A stretch of DNA of 64,000 nt from Candidatus Latescibacterota bacterium (GTDB lineage Bacteria; Latescibacterota; UBA2968; UBA8231), in the NCBI GenBank assembly GCA_965203175.1, contig OZ241867.1, positions 5,120,001 through 5,184,000 of the forward strand. Reading direction: 5' to 3'. The position numbers and the translations under genes were made by a program. This document shows positions 57,254 to 64,000 of the stretch, in pieces (position 1 is the stretch's first letter; each line of letters begins with the position of its first letter). The notes beneath the pieces were generated by a model, which was not told the DNA's origin, searched no databases, and saw nothing but the letters and a program-made list of their open reading frames with translations.

Positions 57254-58018
57254 ATGTCCGTACTCAGCCCCGAACAAATCGCCCAGTACCAGCAAGACGG
57301 GTACACCATCTTGCGCAATGCCCTCTCCGTAGAAGACGTGAGTGAGCTTCGCACCCACCTCGAAGGGATTGCCTCGGGTGACCTGCCCTTCCCAGAGGCG
57401 AACATCGAGTTCGATCCCAACGCGCCCCGGCAACGCCACATCGATCACTTGCGCAAGATCAACGGCCCGTCCGATTGCGATCCGTTCTTCCGCGACCACG
57501 CCGTGCGGGAGCCCCTCCTCACCGCAGCCGCCGACCTGCTCGGTCCAGACCTCAAGCTCTACGGCGACCAAGTTTTTATCAAGGGGCCGGGCGGCCTAGA
57601 AAAGACCTATCACCAAGACTCCGCGTATTTCCACATCGAGCCGATGGCCCTCGCCACCGCTTGGGTCGCCTTAGACGATGTAACCCTTGAAAACGGCTGC
57701 TTGTGGGTCGTGCCGGGCAGCCACCGCGAGGGGCTAGTTGACCACAGCGAGGTGTGGATGGTCGGCGATCGGCAAGACAAGAAAGTTCCCGACGCAGCTA
57801 TCGACAGCCAGCGCGAACAGCCCATCCTGCTGCAAGCGGGCGACTGTTCCTTCCACCACAGTCTGCTCCTGCACCGCTCCGGCCCCAACCAGACGACGAC
57901 GCGCCGCCGCGGCATGGCCACCCACTACATGAGCGCCCGCTCGCGTTGGACAGGTGTTCCCCAAGACAAACCCGACTATCCCCTGTTGCGGGGACAAGAA
58001 CACGCTGGCTGTGTCTGA
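57254..58018 (+). CDS. PhyH-family Fe(II)/2OG dioxygenase (canonical HxD)
   Basis: YQQDGY, YHQD, NGCLWVVPGSH, LHRS and RR. Confidence 0.92.
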   Translation: MSVLSPEQIAQYQQDGYTILRNALSVEDVSELRTHLEGIASGDLPFPEANIEFDPNAPRQRHIDHLRKINGPSDCDPFFRDHAVREPLLTAAADLLGPDLKLYGDQVFIKGPGGLEKTYHQDSAYFHIEPMALATAWVALDDVTLENGCLWVVPGSHREGLVDHSEVWMVGDRQDKKVPDAAIDSQREQPILLQAGDCSFHHSLLLHRSGPNQTTTRRRGMATHYMSARSRWTGVPQDKPDYPLLRGQEHAGCV

Positions 58019-58044
58019 GCCATCTCCTCCAACCGAAGTGAATA

Positions 58045-59193
58045 TTAGTATTGTAATTCCACTACATAGATAGCCATGTGCGGTAAACCGGCAATATAGT
58101 GATCTTGTTCACGAGTTGAGCAGAATGCCAACTTGGTCCCATCCGGCGACCAAGCTGGGGCCGCGTCGTCACTTGGATGCTCGATCAATTTTTGTGTTCT
58201 CTGTCCATCCGCAGAAATGACGTAAAGGTCTGATTGATCATCACCACGTAGCTCATGAAAAGCGATGTAACGGCCATCAGGAGACCATGCCGGAGCATAT
58301 GTCCACCCGTCCCCGTATGTCAACCTACGTACAGTTTGCCCGTCTAAATCCACAACATAAAGGTCTGATGGGCGGCCATCCCGTTGGGATATAAAAGCCA
58401 TCTGCGCCCCATCTGGGGACCATGCCGGTTCGCCGTCCCAACGCGGACTAGGAGCAAGCCAGCGCACGTTAGTACCGCTTGTATCTATCACGCCCACTTC
58501 ATAGTAATTCCAAAAGGCGATTTGGAGCCCATCCGGGGACCATTCTGGCATACCGCCGCCGTAAATGCGCCGCTTATTCCCCCCATCTTCGGCATCCATC
58601 ACGTAAATAGCGTCACCGCCGTCACGGTCAGAAGTAAAGACAATTTGCGTTCCATCCGGGGACCATGCCGGTTCATAGTCATCATGCCCACTATGGGTTA
58701 GTCTCCGTAGACTGCTCCCGTCTACATCCATGACGTACACATCTGAATGGAGCCTTAAACTGCCTGATACATGCGTGTAGGTGAAGGCAATCTGTGTTCC
58801 GTCAGGGGACCAAGCAGGGGAGTATGCTCTTGCTTTTCCGATATCAGTCAACCTCGTAATGGTTCCGGCCATCGGCCAGCCTGTCTCCGTTGCCGAGGAG
58901 GGCTCTGCGGACGCATCGGCCTGTTCCCCGTCTGTGTCGGGCGTTTCGGCCGGCGTCTCGCTCGCGGTGCTGTCTGGGGGTGTCTGGTCGGTGCTGTCCG
59001 GGGACGTATGCGCCCCTTGCCCTTCTGCTATGGTGTACTTTTCATCGCCAAGAAAGCCGCACAAGGGGCAATCGTCGGTGAGAGCCTTGCCGGCGGGGGT
59101 GGATGCAATGGGCGACTCTTGCGAACAGGATAGGATCCAGACTGCGCCGATGATTGTGAGCACGGCGGTAGCGCTGCGGGTGGTCGGCGGCAT
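58045..59193 (-). CDS. TolB-like lipoprotein with PD40 repeats
   Basis: Lipobox ILSC; six P(A/E)WSPDG repeats; acidic Ser/Thr/Pro linker. Confidence 0.88.
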   Translation of the reverse strand: MPPTTRSATAVLTIIGAVWILSCSQESPIASTPAGKALTDDCPLCGFLGDEKYTIAEGQGAHTSPDSTDQTPPDSTASETPAETPDTDGEQADASAEPSSATETGWPMAGTITRLTDIGKARAYSPAWSPDGTQIAFTYTHVSGSLRLHSDVYVMDVDGSSLRRLTHSGHDDYEPAWSPDGTQIVFTSDRDGGDAIYVMDAEDGGNKRRIYGGGMPEWSPDGLQIAFWNYYEVGVIDTSGTNVRWLAPSPRWDGEPAWSPDGAQMAFISQRDGRPSDLYVVDLDGQTVRRLTYGDGWTYAPAWSPDGRYIAFHELRGDDQSDLYVISADGQRTQKLIEHPSDDAAPAWSPDGTKLAFCSTREQDHYIAGLPHMAIYVVELQY

Positions 59194-59358
59194 GGGTCAG
59201 TCTCCTTGGGCAAGTGGGACGGGCTTCGTCGGCGGGCTAACTTTACCAAGCACGATCGCGCCCGTCAAGCTCTTGGTGCCGGTTGGCACGGGTAACCGGC
59301 ATCGGGGGCGACGAGGCATTGGTCCACCACGAGTTTCAAACCCGATGTTCTCACCGGG

Positions 59359-59388
59359 TTGACGCTCTTGAGCAGCTTAGTGTATAAT
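59359..59388 (+). promoter_or_regulatory. Putative sigma70 promoter for the SGNH hydrolase
   Basis: TTGACG-N18-TATAAT. Confidence 0.6.
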
Positions 59389-59442
59389 CCCCAGACGATC
59401 ACGGCCATCGCCGACGAGTAATCCCAACCAAGAGGAATACCC

Positions 59443-60087
59443 ATGAGCCAATACTGGATTGAAGACGGACAAACGCTGCTGTTCATCGGCGACAGCATCA
59501 CCGACTGCGGTCGTCGCGGTGCCGAAGCCCCGCTGGGCAACGGGTACGTACGCCTGTTCACCGAGTTGGCCACGGCCCGCTTCCCCGAGCGGCGGGTCCG
59601 CTACATCAACAAAGGCATCGGCGGCAACCGCGTCACCGACCTAGCCGACCGCTGGCGGGACGACGTGATCTATCACCGGCCGGACCGGCTGTCCGTCAAA
59701 ATCGGCATCAACGACCTGCACAGCCATTTGCGCGGGGCCGAAGACGGCGTGGATCCGGCCCGCTTCGCTGCCGTCTATGAACAGATACTAGAGATTACCC
59801 AAAACGAACTGGGCTGTCCCCTCGTATTGCTCACTCCGTTTTACATTTCCACCGACCACAACGGTCAAACCTTCCGCAGCCAAGTGCTCGAACTATTGCC
59901 TCGCTACATCGAAGTAGTGGAACAGCTAGCCGAGCGCTTTGACGCCCGCCTAGTGCGCCTGCACGATATCTTCCAACAACAACTCCAGTACCGCGACGCC
60001 GATACCTTCTGTCCAGAACCAGTCCACCCCAACCAAGCCGGACATTTGGTGATAGCCCAAGCCCTGATGGACACCTTGACCGCGTAG
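59443..60087 (+). CDS. SGNH/GDSL hydrolase family protein
   Basis: FIGDSITD, NKGIGG, GIND and EPVHP. Confidence 0.92.
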   Translation: MSQYWIEDGQTLLFIGDSITDCGRRGAEAPLGNGYVRLFTELATARFPERRVRYINKGIGGNRVTDLADRWRDDVIYHRPDRLSVKIGINDLHSHLRGAEDGVDPARFAAVYEQILEITQNELGCPLVLLTPFYISTDHNGQTFRSQVLELLPRYIEVVEQLAERFDARLVRLHDIFQQQLQYRDADTFCPEPVHPNQAGHLVIAQALMDTLTA

Positions 60088-60118
60088 AGGGGTTGGTAGT
60101 GTTTGAAATTTAGGTATT

Positions 60119-60166
60119 AAAAGCGCTCCGACTCTCAAGGTGAGTTGGGGCGCTTTTCTTTTTTTG
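60119..60166 (+). terminator. Rho-independent terminator
   Basis: AAAAGCGCTCCGACTC-7nt-GAGTTGGGGCGCTTTT followed by a long T run. Confidence 0.8.
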
Positions 60167-60232
60167 TTCTTTTTTGCAAAAACCATAGAAAAATCATAGC
60201 AATGGCCTCTACAATTATAGATAAGTCACGTC

Positions 60233-60260
60233 TAAATCCTTGCTTAAATCCTTGCTTAAA
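60233..60260. repeat. 12-bp direct repeat (TAAATCCTTGCT)x2 plus a partial unit in the AT-rich upstream region
   Basis: Read directly from the sequence. Confidence 0.75.
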
Positions 60261-60518
60261 CCCCTTATTTACATTATTTTAGGATTGTATCGTAGAGCGC
60301 GTAGCACGCCTTGATTTCAAATAGCAACTCCAATAAAACCACCACATCCACCTGCTGACCCCTCTCAAACGCAATATGCAGCCCACCCCGGCGCGCAAGC
60401 CCTATCAATCTGCGTATGGCTCAATATACGCCTCAAACGAAAACCACTGGATTTGGAAGGACTCGTACAAGTTTAAAAGTCACACATCACGTTTAAACAG
60501 TTAAACAGGAGAACGCGC

Positions 60519-62789
60519 ATGATGCCAATTCGCTTAGCCCTACTCGCCCTCGCCGTTGCTATTTGGAGTTGTGGAGACGACGATTCTGCACCAACGGCGG
60601 CTGCCGTCGATTCGATGATCGCCACGGCCGATTCCATGCTGGTCGCCGCCAATACCATGCTGGCCACCGCGGATTCGATGATCACCGCAGCCAATACCAT
60701 GATCGCCACGGACGCGGATTCAACGATCGCCGCCGATGCCGATTCCATGCTGGCCGCTGCTAATGACATGATGGCCACCGCTAATTCAATGATCGCCGCC
60801 GCCAATGCAATGGTCGCCGCGGACGCGGATTCGACGATCGCCGCCGATGCGGCTGCCATGCTGGCCGCTGCTAATACCATGATCGCCGCCGCTGATTCTA
60901 TGCTGGCGGCTGCCGGTTCACTACTGGCTCCAGAAGCGGTTCTGCGGCCAACCGGACAGTTAAAGCCTTGGGATCTCTCCTCTATTGTCTCGGTTGACGA
61001 TATTCGCGCAATGCCTCCGGGCACGCCCGTATTCATGCGCACTGAATTTGTCAACGGCGAGCTGGCTGACCTCGAAATGAGGTTCGTCCAAGTGGTCGAT
61101 GATTTTCTCGCCCCGATGCCGGTCTATATGGTCGAAGCCTCCGATCCCATTTTGATACAGCTCGGAGGCATTGCTCAGGGGATGAGCGGTTCACCCATTT
61201 TTACGGAGCAGGGCACCTGGGGTGCCATTGCTTATGGATTTAGTGCCCAGGACAGCCCGCCTTATTACTTTTTTGCCACTCCCATAGAATGGGTCATCGG
61301 CACTCGGGGGCTCATGCCAGCGGCCAAATCCATGGCCACGTGGGAAGGGAACCGCATTACCCCTTTGGATATCCCCTTGCTGAGCACGGGACTCAATGGA
61401 GTGCATCCGCTGCCTGAAGGGCGTTCTTCCCTCCTGAGCGGGGCCAGCGCCGCTGGTCTAACCCAAGAGCGGCAGGAGAGCTTTGAGGCCGGTAGGCCAC
61501 TGGCGGTTGGATTGCTGCTCGGTGAGCTTACGCTAGGTGCGGTGGGAACCGTATCGTACGTCGATGGCAATCGGATATATGGCTTCGGGCATCCAATGAA
61601 CAGTTCTGGTCCGGTAGAACTTCCCATAATCGAAGCAAAGGTGCTCGGCGAAATTTCCAACTTGTCCGCCCCGTTCAAGTATACAACGCTGAACCCAACG
61701 GTGCGGGGTACCCTGACCGAAGACCGTTTGCCCGCGGTTCGCGGCGTGCTCGAACAGGAACCAGACTTAGTACCTATTAAGAGCGTCTATACGTTCCCCT
61801 CGGGGAGCGAACTCGAACTTAATCACAGCATGGCCGTCGGCATCAGCCCATATACCTCGCTCGATCTCGTCGCCAATGCATTCTTTTATCCCTTGTCCAT
61901 CCGGGTCGACAACGATCCGGAGCACAGCGTCCGCGTTACGACGGATATTTCTTTTGACGGCACCGATTCAACACTCACTCGTTCCCGGCTCTACTCCTCG
62001 CCAGGCGGCCGGCTCTTGGCTTCTATTTTTAGTGCCTCTGGCGACGTGTCATTCGCACTTGAAGAACTTACGACGAGGTTCGATTACGCCGTATATGTGC
62101 GCGAGGCCGAGGTGCAGGTCGAAGTGATTCCCGAGACCCGTTTTGCCACCGTGGCGAAGGTTACTACCGACTCGATTATCACTCTTGGGAGTACGCTGGA
62201 TATTACCACTCTACTGCGCGTAGGACGGACTGAGGACCGGGAAGTAGAGTTGGCCCTCAGCGTACCGGATACGCTATTCCCTGGCTTTTACCAACTCGAA
62301 GTGGGAGCCGCCGCAACATTAGGACCCGACGAGCTACTGTTCGGCCCACCATCGTTTGGCCCTCCAACCGAGGAATCGCTCGACGATGTTTTTGCCCGAC
62401 TGAATAAACCCGACGAGAATGTCCTTTTAAAAGCTCGCTTGGCATTTGTTGCGCCACCCCTTCCCCCACCGCCCCCTGAGCTTCCGCCCGAGCCTGAAGG
62501 TGGTGAAGGAGAAGGTGGTGCGGACGAACCCGACGGTGATGAAGGCGAAGACGGTGAAGGGGATGAAGGAAACGGTGATGAAGGGGAAGACGGCGACGGT
62601 GATGAAGGCGAACCCGAAGGCGGCTTTGATGGGCCTCCGCCTCCCGGAGCTTTTCCTCCCGGTCCTCCTCCCCCTCCTCCAGCGCCTATTTCTACGCAGG
62701 AAGATGTAGATTTATTGCTCCAAGGTATCCAATTCCTCGAGATAGAAGTAGTGGCAGGGGAAATAGTAGAAGAGGAAGTAGTAGAATAA
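60519..62789 (+). CDS. Lipoprotein with SpoIVB-like peptidase S55 domain, N-terminal heptad-repeat stalk and Pro/acidic C-terminal insert
   Basis: Lipobox IWSC; GGIAQGMSGSPI, GAIAYG, GTVSYVDG...YGFGHP; AGGAG RBS. Confidence 0.85.
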   Translation: MMPIRLALLALAVAIWSCGDDDSAPTAAAVDSMIATADSMLVAANTMLATADSMITAANTMIATDADSTIAADADSMLAAANDMMATANSMIAAANAMVAADADSTIAADAAAMLAAANTMIAAADSMLAAAGSLLAPEAVLRPTGQLKPWDLSSIVSVDDIRAMPPGTPVFMRTEFVNGELADLEMRFVQVVDDFLAPMPVYMVEASDPILIQLGGIAQGMSGSPIFTEQGTWGAIAYGFSAQDSPPYYFFATPIEWVIGTRGLMPAAKSMATWEGNRITPLDIPLLSTGLNGVHPLPEGRSSLLSGASAAGLTQERQESFEAGRPLAVGLLLGELTLGAVGTVSYVDGNRIYGFGHPMNSSGPVELPIIEAKVLGEISNLSAPFKYTTLNPTVRGTLTEDRLPAVRGVLEQEPDLVPIKSVYTFPSGSELELNHSMAVGISPYTSLDLVANAFFYPLSIRVDNDPEHSVRVTTDISFDGTDSTLTRSRLYSSPGGRLLASIFSASGDVSFALEELTTRFDYAVYVREAEVQVEVIPETRFATVAKVTTDSIITLGSTLDITTLLRVGRTEDREVELALSVPDTLFPGFYQLEVGAAATLGPDELLFGPPSFGPPTEESLDDVFARLNKPDENVLLKARLAFVAPPLPPPPPELPPEPEGGEGEGGADEPDGDEGEDGEGDEGNGDEGEDGDGDEGEPEGGFDGPPPPGAFPPGPPPPPPAPISTQEDVDLLLQGIQFLEIEVVAGEIVEEEVVE

Positions 62790-62852
62790 TAGTCTTCTAC
62801 ACCCTTTAAAACGCGGGAATTTAGCCGCTTCTCAATTTCCGCTATACGTTGT

Positions 62853-62895
62853 GGAGCCTTTATCTGCATTAATCCCTTTTGCAGATAAAGGCTCC
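62853..62895. terminator. Perfect 16-bp stem-loop after the S55 gene (terminator or stabiliser)
   Basis: GGAGCCTTTATCTGCA-11nt-TGCAGATAAAGGCTCC. Confidence 0.7.
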
Positions 62896-63078
62896 TCTTC
62901 TAATAATCCGCCACCGACCCACATCTCCCGCAGCCGATTATCCAGCCACTGGTGGAACCTACCACTCGACTGCGACGTCAACTAAGCAGCCCAAACAGGA
63001 TAGGATTCGGCCGACCATCCCTTGATGGAACGGGATAAAATTGAACTGAGTACACTCTAAACGTAAGAGGCACGTATC

Positions 63079-64000
63079 ATGACGATCCGCTTAGCTCTAT
63101 TCGCCCTCGCCGTTGGTCTGTGGAGTTGTGGAGACAACAATTCTGCACCAACGGCTGCTGTCGTCGATCCGATGATCGCCACGGCCGATTCCATGCTGGT
63201 CGTCTCCAATACCATGCTGGCCACCGCCAATACCATGATCGCCGCAGACGCAGATCCGACCATAGCCGCCGATGCTGCTTCCATGCTAGCCGCCGCTGAT
63301 TCTATGCTGGTCGCTGCCGGTTCACTACTGGCTCCAGCAGCGGTTCTGCGGCCAACCGGACAGTTAAAGCCTTGGGATCTTTCACCCATTGTCTCGGTTG
63401 ACGAGGTTCGTGCCATGCCCGTGGGTACAACCGTATTCATGCGCACTGAATTTGCCCACGGTGAACTGGCCGATCTAGAAATGACGTTCGTCCAAGTGGT
63501 CGATGACTTTCTGGCACCCATGCCGGTCTATATGGTCGAATCCTCCGATCCCGTTTTGATCCAGCTCGGGGGCATTGCTCAGGGCATGAGCGGTTCGCCC
63601 ATTTTTACGGAGCAGGGCACTTGGGGTGCTATTGCTTATGGATTTAGCGCCCAAGACAACCCGCCCTACTACTTTTTTGCCACTCCCATAGAATGGGTCA
63701 TCGGCACTCGGGGAATGATGCCAGCGGCCAAACGCACAGCCACGTGGGAAGGAAACCGCATTATCCCCTTGGACACCCCCTTGCTGAGCACGGGACTCAA
63801 TGCAGTGCATCCGCTGCCTGAAAGGCGTTCTTCCCTCCTGAGCAAAGCCAGCGCCGCAGGTTTGACTCAAGAGCGCCAAGAGAGCTTTGAGGCCGGTAGG
63901 CCACTGGCGGTTGGGTTGCTGCTCGGCGAGCTTACGCTGGGTTCGTTGGGCACCATATCGTACGTCGATGGCAACCGGATATATGGGTTTGGGCATTCAA
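63079..64000 (+). CDS. Second S55 peptidase lipoprotein (tandem paralog); partial, runs off the window edge
   Basis: Absent from the ORF track. Manual translation MTIRLALFALAVGLWSCGD...GGIAQGMSGSPIF...YGFGHS, collinear with 60519-62789. Confidence 0.88.
   Translation, partial: MTIRLALFALAVGLWSCGDNNSAPTAAVVDPMIATADSMLVVSNTMLATANTMIAADADPTIAADAASMLAAADSMLVAAGSLLAPAAVLRPTGQLKPWDLSPIVSVDEVRAMPVGTTVFMRTEFAHGELADLEMTFVQVVDDFLAPMPVYMVESSDPVLIQLGGIAQGMSGSPIFTEQGTWGAIAYGFSAQDNPPYYFFATPIEWVIGTRGMMPAAKRTATWEGNRIIPLDTPLLSTGLNAVHPLPERRSSLLSKASAAGLTQERQESFEAGRPLAVGLLLGELTLGSLGTISYVDGNRIYGFGHS

Noticed and set aside
58045-59193. Assigning tolB
   Set aside because: Lacks the TolB N-terminal domain and tol-pal context
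60167-60518. AT-rich region as a replication origin or ncRNA
   Set aside because: No DnaA-box cluster or recognisable RNA structure; consistent with a promoter region
60473-63996. Minus-strand ORFs over the S55 genes
   Set aside because: Shadows of repeat-rich plus-strand CDSs

Overview
64 kb of a GC-rich bacterial chromosome. I found no rRNA, tRNA, CRISPR array, transposase or integrase. It is a dense catabolic region: eight PhyH-type Fe(II)/2-oxoglutarate enzymes, three Gfo/Idh/MocA oxidoreductases, sugar-acid enzymes, a sulfatase, a sulfotransferase, an arylsulfotransferase, tandem PQQ dehydrogenases and surface lipoproteins. This repertoire resembles marine sponge-symbiont lineages such as Latescibacterota or Poribacteria (inference only). 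Small defence-type cassettes are interspersed: an HsdR_N-like nuclease, an orphan DNA methyltransferase, a SIR2-like protein and a HigBA-type TA pair. Main observations: (1) the PhyH paralogs carry three different iron-binding motifs (HxD, halogenase-like HxG, HxH), and one two-gene PhyH module occurs twice; (2) cargo genes sit next to left-over copies of neighbouring gene ends, and several gene stumps occur with no mobility enzyme nearby; (3) a compact stand-alone Klenow-like family A polymerase lies inside a sugar operon; (4) a solitary type I-G-like CRISPR repeat lies beside a VapC stump; (5) an amidohydrolase plus Rieske ferredoxin pair may be a dinuclear oxygenase. All calls come from reading motifs by eye; no database searches were run.
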